Positions 10,212-18,639 of a stretch of DNA of 64,000 nucleotides are shown here, in pieces (position 1 is the first letter of the stretch; every line of letters starts with the position of its first letter). Source of the stretch: Candidatus Aminicenantales bacterium (GTDB lineage: Bacteria; Acidobacteriota; Aminicenantia; Aminicenantales; Aminicenantaceae); assembly GCA_046760305.1 (NCBI GenBank), contig JBHIDX010000007.1:5185-69184 (forward strand), written 5' to 3'. A model generated the notes under the pieces. The model ran no database searches, was not told where the DNA came from, and worked only from the letters and a program-made list of their open reading frames with translations. Both the position numbers and the translations under genes were made by a program.

Positions 10212-10850
10212 ATGAAGGAAGAGCACAGCCGCTATTTTCAGGAGATTGCTAATCATTTTATTGCTGAGAGGGGGGCTCCATTTTTTCTCTCCTCCGTGGA
10301 TATTGAGCTTATTCAATCTTGGGAGAGGATGAAGATTCCCCTTGATATCGTTCTTGAAGGGATAAAGAAGGCATTCCAGGAGCGGCAGATCAAGTCCGGG
10401 AAAAGAGGCAGAGTTCGGAGTCTTGTTTCCTGTCGGTATCATGTGTTGAGAGCATTCGAGCAATACAGAGAGCGCAGAGTTGGGGTGCCCAGGAAAGAAG
10501 CAGGAGAGGCAAGGCAGGAAAAGAGGCGCAGGATAAAAAAAGAAACAGAGAATTTTATGGCCTTAATTCCTCCGGAGCTCTCTTATCTTGAAGACATATA
10601 CCAGGCAGCCAGGCATTTGCTCTCCCGAAAGGAAGTTGATGAGGCCAAACTCGAACAGCTTGATCAGAAAGTCGAAGAACTCCTCTTCAGCCGTTTTCCC
10701 CAAGAAGAAAAGGAAAAGATAAAGGAGAAAGTCTGGGGCGAATATCCATCGGCCGATGATAAGGAGCTCGATTCTCTGGTTAAGATCAAAACAGTAAAGT
10801 TCCTGAGAGATAAGTATAAAATTCCTTACCTCTCATTTTACTATTATTAA
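10212..10850 (+). CDS. Hypothetical protein, possibly with a DnaD-like helical domain
   Basis: Clean ORF with a basic, charged middle and C-terminus. No P-loop or other catalytic motif recognised. Confidence 0.45.
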   Translation: MKEEHSRYFQEIANHFIAERGAPFFLSSVDIELIQSWERMKIPLDIVLEGIKKAFQERQIKSGKRGRVRSLVSCRYHVLRAFEQYRERRVGVPRKEAGEARQEKRRRIKKETENFMALIPPELSYLEDIYQAARHLLSRKEVDEAKLEQLDQKVEELLFSRFPQEEKEKIKEKVWGEYPSADDKELDSLVKIKTVKFLRDKYKIPYLSFYYY

Positions 10851-10945
10851 TGTTTAGTTTTTTTATAGGGGGAGAGAGTTTGCTGATAGTGAGGGCAAGA
10901 AGCAGGGATTTTATCAGGAGAAAACCCAGGTCTGAATAGAGAACG

Positions 10946-12031
10946 ATGAAAACTTCTTGTTTTGAAGCGGTTATCGATTTTAATTTTCTACCGGCGAGCG
11001 AACCGTTTTCAGCTCTCATTGTCTCCAAAGCAGGCAAATCCCACGCCTCGCTAGCCATCTATAAGCTTCAGGAAGAGAGAAAAAGTAAGGCTTTCCTGGT
11101 TCAGATTCATAGCCAAAACCCTCTTTCTCTCAAGTGGGGTGATGTGTTTGAGGTTATCCAGGAGGGAGGAACACTCCTGGGCAGGGGAAGAGTGATAAAC
11201 CCCTTTTCCTCCAGAGTGAGAGGCAAAAAACTGAAGAAGAGGTTAGGCTTGCTTTTCCAGCTTGAGGGAGATGAGAAAGAAATGATTACCGCTCTAGCTC
11301 GGGAAAGAGGGATTAGAGGGTTGAGAGAAAAAGAGATTCTCGATTTTGCTCGAATATCCAGAGCCTCATTGAGAAGACTGGCAGAGGAACTTGAGGCAGA
11401 AGATAAGGTGAGGATTATCTCTTTTTCTCCTCTCTTCATTATCTGGCAGCAGAGTCTTTGTTATCTTGAGGAGAAGCTACTTGCCTATCTTGAGCAGTTT
11501 CATTCGAAACATCCCGGGGAGAGAGGTATCTCGAGGGCGAGGATAAAAAAAAGGTTTAATCTCTCTCAGAAGGTGCTCCTCTTGGTTCTTGAGCGTCTGA
11601 TCAGAGAGAAGAAGGTAGAGAAATCAGAAGAGATTATTGCCCTTGCTTCTTTTAAACTTTCCCCTACTCCTGAAGAGGAACGAGTACTTTCTAAACTCGA
11701 GGAGATGTGTTTAAGAGGAGAGTTGAGGAGTGTTTCTCAGGAAGAGCTGGCACGAACTTTTCACCTCTCACCGGAGAAGCTCAACAAGATGCTTTCTCTC
11801 CTGGTTGAGCGTAAAAAAATAGTCCAAGGAAAAGAAGGATTCTTTATCCACTCAAAATGGCTGGAGGAGACAGTTACCAAGGTGAGAAGCTTAGGGAAAA
11901 AGGAACTTACTGTCACTGATTTTAAAACGATGACAGGACTCAGCCGGAAATATGCCATTCCTCTCCTCGAACTTCTCGACCAGATGGGCGTAACTCGCAG
12001 GGTAAGCCCTTCGCGTCGGGAAATTATTTAA
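10946..12031 (+). CDS. SelB-like winged-helix protein lacking the GTPase domain
   Basis: N-terminus resembles the EF/SelB beta-barrel domain III (GDVFEVIQEGGTLLGRGRVINP). It is followed by four WH-like repeats. The C-terminal repeat carries the SelB WH4 signature (TGLSRKYAIPLLELLDQMGVTRRV). No G1-G4 GTPase motifs anywhere in the protein. Confidence 0.6.
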   Translation: MKTSCFEAVIDFNFLPASEPFSALIVSKAGKSHASLAIYKLQEERKSKAFLVQIHSQNPLSLKWGDVFEVIQEGGTLLGRGRVINPFSSRVRGKKLKKRLGLLFQLEGDEKEMITALARERGIRGLREKEILDFARISRASLRRLAEELEAEDKVRIISFSPLFIIWQQSLCYLEEKLLAYLEQFHSKHPGERGISRARIKKRFNLSQKVLLLVLERLIREKKVEKSEEIIALASFKLSPTPEEERVLSKLEEMCLRGELRSVSQEELARTFHLSPEKLNKMLSLLVERKKIVQGKEGFFIHSKWLEETVTKVRSLGKKELTVTDFKTMTGLSRKYAIPLLELLDQMGVTRRVSPSRREII

Positions 12032-12160
12032 ACCTGAACTATTAGCTTGAAAATGCATGTCATCGCGAGCGACCGAAGGGAGCGTGGCGATCTCATTTTC
12101 ATCGGTCGTGGGTGGCGTTGTCGCCATGATAAATTACCTAAAATGTGGCACAAAATCATT
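12032..12160. repeat. Intergenic nested-palindrome repeat, short copy (same family as 40867-41200)
   Basis: Shares the modules CCTGAACTATTAG.T.GAAAAT, GTCATYGCGAGCG and TCGTGGGTGGCG-(4 nt loop)-TCGCCATGATAAATTACCT with the 40.9 kb copy. Starts right after a + strand stop codon. Confidence 0.7.
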
Positions 12161-12236
12161 TTTATGGTTTTTCTTTCATTCAACCGATATATTTTATAGA
12201 ATTGTCTCCATCTTAATCTAAGCAAAGGAGGAGAAA

Positions 12237-13064
12237 ATGAGCAACATCCAGACTTATGTTGATAAGGCTGTTGAGTTGGCTATGAGTTATGTGCCGAAAT
12301 TGCTGCTGGCAATAGTTGTCCTTGTTCTCGGTTTCTGGATTATCAAGCTTGTGGTGAAGGGATTAAATCGTTTTCTTGAGAGGAGCAAAGTTGAGATTTC
12401 TTTACAGAAATTTCTCAGCAGTCTGGTTGGTATTTTATTGAAGGTTATGTTGCTCATCAGTGTGGCTTCAATGCTGGGCATTGCCACCACTTCCTTTGTA
12501 GCCATGTTGGGTGCAGCAGGTCTTGCTGTCGGCTTGGCTCTACAGGGAAGTCTTGCCAACTTTGCCGGAGGGGTTTTGATTTTGTTCTTCAAGCCATTCA
12601 AGGTAGGAGATGTTATCGATGCCCAGGGATTTACAGGGAAAGTTCACTCTATTCAGGTCTTTCACACTGTGTTAAAGACTTATGACAACAGAACTATCAT
12701 CATTCCTAACGGCAGCCTATCAAACAACAGTATTACAAACTTTAGTACCGAACCAACGCGGCGTCTCGACATGACCTTTGGCATCAGCTACGGTGATGAT
12801 ATGGCTAAAGCGAAGAATATTCTGAAGAAACTAGTGGATGAGGATGAACGTATTCTAAAAGAACCACAACCATCAATCGTTGTATCCGAGCTTGCCGACA
12901 GCTCGGTGAACATTTCGGTTAGAATATGGTGTCCTACGGCTGACTACTGGAATGTAAATTTTGACATGCAGGAAAAGGTGAAGATGGCCTTTGACAAGGA
13001 AGGAATTTCCATTCCTTTTCCCCAGAGGGATGTACATCTTTTTCGAGAAGGAAAAAACACTTAA
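12237..13064 (+). CDS. Small-conductance mechanosensitive channel (MscS family)
   Basis: Three N-terminal TM helices, then the MscS beta-domain (…GDVIDAQGFTGKVHSIQVFHTVLKTYDNRTIIIPNG…). AAGGAGG SD precedes it. Confidence 0.85.
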   Translation: MSNIQTYVDKAVELAMSYVPKLLLAIVVLVLGFWIIKLVVKGLNRFLERSKVEISLQKFLSSLVGILLKVMLLISVASMLGIATTSFVAMLGAAGLAVGLALQGSLANFAGGVLILFFKPFKVGDVIDAQGFTGKVHSIQVFHTVLKTYDNRTIIIPNGSLSNNSITNFSTEPTRRLDMTFGISYGDDMAKAKNILKKLVDEDERILKEPQPSIVVSELADSSVNISVRIWCPTADYWNVNFDMQEKVKMAFDKEGISIPFPQRDVHLFREGKNT

Positions 13065-13070
13065 GATTTC

Positions 13071-15140
13071 TCAACTTTTCTTTTTCTTCTTGTCTTTATG
13101 CTCGAGGGCATCCTTTAGCTTTTCAGCAAAAATGCCCCTGAAAACAGACTCATCCGGAACAACAGGCTTTTTTACTTCTTCCTTTTTAGCTTCAGCGGCA
13201 ATTCTTTCCTCTTCTTGTGTCCTCTCTTCTTTTATTTTTTTAGCTGTAAGGGCTTCCATTTCGAGCTCTTCGATTTCAATTTTCTCCTCTATCACCTTCT
13301 TTTCGCCTTTTCTTGCGCGCGGGACTCTTTCCGCTTCTATTTTTGGTTTCTTTTTCTTTTTCAGCTTTTCTTTGGGAGGTAGTTTCTCACGCCGAGGTTT
13401 CTCTCCAAAGTCTTCGACTCTCTCCACTATTTCCGGTTCTCGAACATGGGGCTCGACTTCACTCGCGGGTATCTCTTCGAGGGAGATTTCGGGTCTCTCT
13501 TCTTCGGCAGAAACAGCAGGCTTAGCCACTTGAGCTGGCAGTTCTTCGGGTTTGATTTCAGGTGGTGCTTCAATTTTTTCCTCTTCTATTTCTTCTTCCT
13601 GGAAAAAGTATGTTCCTTTTTTCTTTTCTGATTTTCTGAACTCAGGAGTGTTATGGAGGGTGAGGGCCACCTCTTCCATTGAAGTGTTTTTCAGAATGTC
13701 AACCAGGTGGTATGCCCGCTGGTAGTGGAGGGCGAAGTTATCAGACTCAATGCCAAAATTCTTGAAGATGAGAACAAGCAGCTCTCCCAGGTGGAGGTCA
13801 TTTATCTGAGAGTAGAGAGAAAAGAGGCGGTCGAAAGTTTCTTTTTCCAGGTGAATGATTTTGTTGGGAACGGAATATGTAAACACTTCTTCACCACTGG
13901 CGCTGAGTTTGTCTTTCTGGGCATCATACTCAACCGTGTAGACAGAAAGCTTCTTTTTTGACTTCTTGAGCCAGAAGTTGAAACGGTTCAAACCTGTTTT
14001 TTCAAGAGTGAGGCTGGCTCCTTGAGGGACATTGTTTTCCCTGTAGAACTCCTTTAACCCAAGGAAAAAATCCCGGGCGGGATAGAAGTAGACAGTGTAT
14101 TCTTTTCTTTTTTCAGGGTCTATGAATACATATTCTCTGAATTTTGATAATTCTCGGTTAAGAGCTTTGGGGGTTTTTATCGCCCCTGAAAGAATTTCTC
14201 TCCAGGTGAGATATACTTTGAGAGAGGATAGGTCGAGTTCATCTTTTTCCGGCTCTTCCACTTCTTCAAAATGGGGAAGACTGGCTCTGGAGGCGGCCAC
14301 GGGGAGATTTTCCAAGTATGATTCGAGCGTTTTTCTTATGGCCCATTTCCCCCAGCCTTCAGGAGAAACAAAGATGAAGTTTTTCTTGTATTTTTTTTCC
14401 AGGACATAGTTCAAACTCATGGAGTGCATGTCAAAGTCTTTATGGTCGGAATTCAGGCCGAAGAATTTCTCCACAAGAGTAGCAGTTTCAGCAGATTGCT
14501 TTTTTTTGAGTAGATATTTTTCCACTTCTTTTATTTTCCCTTCGGAGATATCCACCATTTTTTCAGTGAGCTGCCAGTGTTCGTCCCAGTTGAAAAATTT
14601 GACTGACTTGGTGAGAGACTTGACTATGTTGCGTTCGAGAGTCTTCAGGTCTTTTTCGTCCATAGGGAGGGCTGAAAGCTGTGGGTTATCCTCTCTTTTG
14701 ATTATTTCTGGAGTTTGTGCTTTTCTTTCGAGGTTAGAAGGCAGGAGAACCTGAGTTTTTGATTTTTTCATGTACTCCATGTATTTTCTGAATATCCCTC
14801 CTCCCGCATAATCCACTTCAAGCATGTCACAGTTGAAGTCCTTGTACTCGATTTTATTCACCACCTTGAGCACCACGGTTCCTTTGAAATGCTGACTCAC
14901 TTTACTGCTCACATTGAGGAGTTCGTCATACTCCTTGCATATGGAGTCGCCAACTTCATAACTGCAGTAGGGATTGTATTTTTTTACTTCCTGGTCCAGC
15001 TGGTGAGCGGTTTTCATGTAGGCGAGCTTCTCTGTCAGCTCACCAAGGATCAGCGGCCTTGAAGACTTGCGCAGTTCTTCCTCGAGGAAAGAGATATCTT
15101 CCTCGTTGAGGCTCGTAAACTTTTTTCTCTCTTTATCCAT
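13071..15140 (-). CDS. Hypothetical 689-aa protein with K/E-rich low-complexity C-terminal region
   Basis: Long uninterrupted ORF, last gene of the minus-strand argF-arcC operon. Globular N-terminal roughly 480 aa with no recognised domain. C-terminal roughly 200 aa is highly charged (EEEKIE…KKKKKPK…KDKKKKKS). Confidence 0.55.
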   Translation of the reverse strand: MDKERKKFTSLNEEDISFLEEELRKSSRPLILGELTEKLAYMKTAHQLDQEVKKYNPYCSYEVGDSICKEYDELLNVSSKVSQHFKGTVVLKVVNKIEYKDFNCDMLEVDYAGGGIFRKYMEYMKKSKTQVLLPSNLERKAQTPEIIKREDNPQLSALPMDEKDLKTLERNIVKSLTKSVKFFNWDEHWQLTEKMVDISEGKIKEVEKYLLKKKQSAETATLVEKFFGLNSDHKDFDMHSMSLNYVLEKKYKKNFIFVSPEGWGKWAIRKTLESYLENLPVAASRASLPHFEEVEEPEKDELDLSSLKVYLTWREILSGAIKTPKALNRELSKFREYVFIDPEKRKEYTVYFYPARDFFLGLKEFYRENNVPQGASLTLEKTGLNRFNFWLKKSKKKLSVYTVEYDAQKDKLSASGEEVFTYSVPNKIIHLEKETFDRLFSLYSQINDLHLGELLVLIFKNFGIESDNFALHYQRAYHLVDILKNTSMEEVALTLHNTPEFRKSEKKKGTYFFQEEEIEEEKIEAPPEIKPEELPAQVAKPAVSAEEERPEISLEEIPASEVEPHVREPEIVERVEDFGEKPRREKLPPKEKLKKKKKPKIEAERVPRARKGEKKVIEEKIEIEELEMEALTAKKIKEERTQEEERIAAEAKKEEVKKPVVPDESVFRGIFAEKLKDALEHKDKKKKKS

Positions 15141-15146
15141 TGTTTG

Positions 15147-16115
15147 TTATTTTACCTTCCCCATCAATGATACCATAATTGCTTTTTGGACATGAAGTCT
15201 GTTTTCTGCCTGATTGAAAACTACTGAACGTGGCGAATCGATGACCTCGTCTGTCACTTCCTCTCCCCGGTGAGCGGGAAGACAGTGCATGAAGAGGGCC
15301 TCGGGCTTGGCACTCTTCATGAGAGTTGCGTTTACCTGATAGGGAGCAAATATTTTTTTCCTCTTTTCCCGCTCTTTTTCCTGGCCCATAGAAGCCCAGA
15401 CATCGGTGTAGACAGCGTCGGCTTCCTCTACCGCTTTTTTTGGGTCATTGGTGAGTGAAAGACGAAAGCCTGTCTCTTTTCCATCTTCCTCTGCCTGATC
15501 AATGATTTCTGCTCTGGGCTCGAATCCTCTGGGAGTTGCGATTGAAATCCAGGAACCAGCTTTAGCTGCGGCCAGAATAAGGCTGTGACAGACGTTGTTT
15601 CCATCACCGATGTAGGCAAGCTTAAGGGAGTTCAGACTCCCTAATTTTTCTTTCAGAGTAAAAAAGTCTGCCATGGCCTGGCAGGGATGAAGGAGGTCCG
15701 TAAGCCCGTTTATGACATGGATGCGGCTGCTTCGGGCAAGGTCGACTGCAATCTGGTGAGCAAAAGTTCTGATCATGATACAGTCGACCCAGCGCTCGAG
15801 GTTTTTCCCCACATCATAAACACTCTCCCGCTTTCCGAGCTGGATATCAGATGGACTCAGGTAAACTGCCTCTCCTCCGAGCTGGAGCATACCCACCTCG
15901 AAGGTCACCCTTGTCCTAAGAGAGGGCTTTTCGAATATCATGGCCAGTATCTTCTGCTTTAATACTTTTTGGAATCGCTGGGAATGTTCTTTAATTTCCT
16001 CGGTGAGCTCCATGAGGCGGTTGAACTCGTAAAGGCTGAGCTCATGAATGGAAATAAAGTCTTCGAGCATTCTTTCCTCCTTTTCAGTTAGCGGGAATGA
16101 TTTTTGTCCCACCAC
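15147..16115 (-). CDS. argF: Ornithine carbamoyltransferase
   Basis: SLRTR carbamoyl-phosphate motif. HPCQ. DVWASMG ornithine-binding motif. HCLPAHRGEEV. Confidence 0.88.
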   Translation of the reverse strand: MVGQKSFPLTEKEERMLEDFISIHELSLYEFNRLMELTEEIKEHSQRFQKVLKQKILAMIFEKPSLRTRVTFEVGMLQLGGEAVYLSPSDIQLGKRESVYDVGKNLERWVDCIMIRTFAHQIAVDLARSSRIHVINGLTDLLHPCQAMADFFTLKEKLGSLNSLKLAYIGDGNNVCHSLILAAAKAGSWISIATPRGFEPRAEIIDQAEEDGKETGFRLSLTNDPKKAVEEADAVYTDVWASMGQEKEREKRKKIFAPYQVNATLMKSAKPEALFMHCLPAHRGEEVTDEVIDSPRSVVFNQAENRLHVQKAIMVSLMGKVK

Positions 16116-17034
16116 GGTTTATGAGAGCGGATTTCAGGTGGCTGGCAGAGGTAATAAGGACTTCCTTCCCTCCTCCTTTGATGTATTCAATCGCGGCTTC
16201 TATTTTAGGCCCCATCGACCCTGAGGGGAAATGTCCCTGGTCGAGGTATTCCTGAGCCTGGTCAACGGTCATTTTATGTATGCCCTTTTGTTCGGGTTTT
16301 CCCCAATTGAGATAAACTTGGTTGACATTGGTAAGGATGATAAAGAGGTCAACCTTTACTTCTTTGGCAATCATGCTCGCTGTGTAGTCCTTGTCGATGA
16401 CAGCCTCCACTCCCTGAAAGAGGCCATGGGAATTGATGATGACAGGGATTCCTCCGCCACCTCCAGCGATGACAATTTTGCCTGCTCTGACCAGGTCTCT
16501 TATGACAAATTTTGAGACCACATCTATCGGCCGGGGAGAAGGAACGACGATACGGTATCCTCGACCCGCATCCTCGATGAGCTTGACCTTTTTCTCTCGC
16601 ATAATCATTTGCGCCCTGTATTTTGAATAGAAGGGACCCACAGGTTTTGTCGGCTTCTCAAAGGCCGGATCCTCTCTGTCAACCACTACCTGTGTAATCA
16701 AGGTAGCCACGTCTTTATCTACTGAATTTCTGCGCAGCTCGTTGATTACTGACTCCTCCAGCATGTAACCCATGCTCCCCTCGGTCATGGCGTCACAGAC
16801 CTCTAGAGAGAAGGGAGGCACTTTTGTTACGGATTCTTCCATCTGGATGAGGAGGTTTCCTACCTGAGGGCCGTTTCCGTGAACGATGATAAGCTCGTAG
16901 CCCTTTTTCACCACATGGACCATGAGTCTGGCCGCACGCTGAGCATTTTTTATCTGTTCTTGCTGGAGTCCCCTCTGGTGTTCAGGAAGAAGGGCGTTGC
17001 CCCCGAAAGCGATGAGTGCAATTTTCCTTCTCAT
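16084..17034 (-). CDS. arcC: Carbamate kinase
   Basis: MRRKIALIAFGGNALL amino-acid-kinase N-terminus. 316 aa. Overlaps argF by 32 nt and the upstream gene by 1 nt, indicating an operon. Confidence 0.88.
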   Translation of the reverse strand: MRRKIALIAFGGNALLPEHQRGLQQEQIKNAQRAARLMVHVVKKGYELIIVHGNGPQVGNLLIQMEESVTKVPPFSLEVCDAMTEGSMGYMLEESVINELRRNSVDKDVATLITQVVVDREDPAFEKPTKPVGPFYSKYRAQMIMREKKVKLIEDAGRGYRIVVPSPRPIDVVSKFVIRDLVRAGKIVIAGGGGGIPVIINSHGLFQGVEAVIDKDYTASMIAKEVKVDLFIILTNVNQVYLNWGKPEQKGIHKMTVDQAQEYLDQGHFPSGSMGPKIEAAIEYIKGGGKEVLITSASHLKSALINRGGTKIIPAN

Positions 17035-18344
17035 CAGAATTCCTTAAGCACATCTTCGAGTGTGGGTGAGCCAATTTCTTCAAGACGATAGCTTACATGG
17101 AGGATTTTCTTTTCGGTGTGTATCAGACGATTGAGGTCAATCGGCGTCCCGCTGAGGATAAGATCGCAGTCTGCTCTGTTGATGGTCTCAGTCAGCTCGG
17201 CGACCTGTTCGCTTCCGTAGCCCATAGCAGGAAGAACACGGTCGAGATGAGAGTACTTCTGGAAAGTATCCCTGATACTCCCCACAGCGAAAGGCCGCGG
17301 ATCGATGATTTCAGAGGCATGGTGTTTGGTGGCAGCAATGGTTGCTGCCCCATAAGGCATGCCACCGTGGGTAAGAGTGGGACCATCTTCTATGACCAAC
17401 ACTCTTTTTCCCTCTATCTCCTTTCCATCGGCAACAGTGAAAGGAGAGCTGGCCCTGATTATTGTTGCTTGGGGATTTATTTCTCTGATGTTTTTAAGCA
17501 CTTCCTCGATTTTTTCCTTCCGAGCGGTGTCCATTTTGTTGATGACATAGACATCAGCTCTCCGGAAATTGGTTTCTCCAGGGTAGTAAAGGAGCTCATG
17601 ACCTGCCCTGTGCGGGTCTACAACCACGATTTCAAGGCTTGCATTGAAGAAAGAGAAGTCATTATTTCCTCCGTCCCAGAGAATAATGTCTGCTTCTTTT
17701 TCTGCCTCCTTGAGGATAGCCTCATAATCCACCCCGGCATAAACGACAATTCCCCGCTCGATGTGTGGTTCGTACTCCTCTCTTTCCTCAATGGTACATT
17801 CATGTTTGTCCAAGTCCTCGTAGCTCGCAAAGCGCTGAACCTTCTGCTTAACCAGGTTTCCGTATGGCATTGGGTGGCGGATAACTACCACCCGCCTCCC
17901 CTTATTTTTGAGCAGGAGTGCAGTTTTACGACTCGTCTGGCTCTTTCCACTTCCGGTTCTTACAGCGCAGACAGAGATGAGTGGTAGCTTTGAGGAAAGC
18001 ATTGTCTGCTTTGGCCCGAGAAGAATAAAGCTTGCCCCTGCAGCCTGAACAATCGAGCAACGGTGCATTACGTAATCATGAGAGATATCGCTGTAGGCAA
18101 AATAAACTTCATCCACACCATGTTCCTTGATGAGGGGAACGAGGTCTTCTTCAGGGTAAATCGTAATTCCCTCCGGGTAAAGTCTCCCTGCCAGCTCTGC
18201 CGGGTATTTCCTGTCCTCGATATCCGGAATCTGAGTGGCAGTGAAGGCCACTACTCGGTATTCGCTGTTGTTCCTGAAATAGACGTTGAAGTTGTGGAAA
18301 TCTCTTCCAGCTGCTCCCATGATTATCACTTTTTTCATACTCAA
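17034..18344 (-). CDS. P-loop NTPase with N-terminal Rossmann/CoA-binding-like domain (cyclic 2,3-diphosphoglycerate synthetase-like or DUF1611-like; function unknown)
   Basis: VIIMGAAGRDFHNF Rossmann-like start. Walker A CAVRTGSGKSQTS. NKMD G4-like motif. 436 aa. First gene of the operon with arcC and argF. Confidence 0.4.
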   Translation of the reverse strand: MSMKKVIIMGAAGRDFHNFNVYFRNNSEYRVVAFTATQIPDIEDRKYPAELAGRLYPEGITIYPEEDLVPLIKEHGVDEVYFAYSDISHDYVMHRCSIVQAAGASFILLGPKQTMLSSKLPLISVCAVRTGSGKSQTSRKTALLLKNKGRRVVVIRHPMPYGNLVKQKVQRFASYEDLDKHECTIEEREEYEPHIERGIVVYAGVDYEAILKEAEKEADIILWDGGNNDFSFFNASLEIVVVDPHRAGHELLYYPGETNFRRADVYVINKMDTARKEKIEEVLKNIREINPQATIIRASSPFTVADGKEIEGKRVLVIEDGPTLTHGGMPYGAATIAATKHHASEIIDPRPFAVGSIRDTFQKYSHLDRVLPAMGYGSEQVAELTETINRADCDLILSGTPIDLNRLIHTEKKILHVSYRLEEIGSPTLEDVLKEF

Positions 18345-18480
18345 GACTCCTTTCCCAGATTATCAATTAAAGAAAGAAATAAAGAATAATGAGTTGTAAG
18401 TATAACATAAATATGAATGTTACCCAAGGTAAGAAAATCAGAGAGATGATGTCTATTAACGATTTTTTTCTGGTTAAATT

Positions 18481-18519
18481 ATGGACATGGATATCATGTC
18501 CCCTTTTTTCGCTTTTTTC
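18481..18519 (+). terminator. Rho-independent terminator-like hairpin on the + strand (orphan)
   Basis: GGACATG-gatat-CATGTCC, a 7-bp perfect stem, followed by CCTTTTTTCGCTTTTTTCG. It works only in + orientation, but both flanking genes are on the - strand. Confidence 0.5.
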
Positions 18520-18639
18520 GCCTGCTATAGGGAGGAGGTTTTAGGGGTGAAGGTCGTTGCTTTCTTAGTTTTTGCCAGGCTGGTTTCTGACGTCTGTTTA
18601 TTCCTCTGGGCATTATTATTTTATATCACTTCGCTTTCT

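Noticed and set aside
17034-18344. Naming the 436-aa P-loop protein outright as cyclic 2,3-diphosphoglycerate synthetase
   Set aside because: Architecture (Rossmann-like N-domain plus Walker A plus NKxD) is compatible, but I cannot verify family membership from memory. Kept as -like with low confidence.
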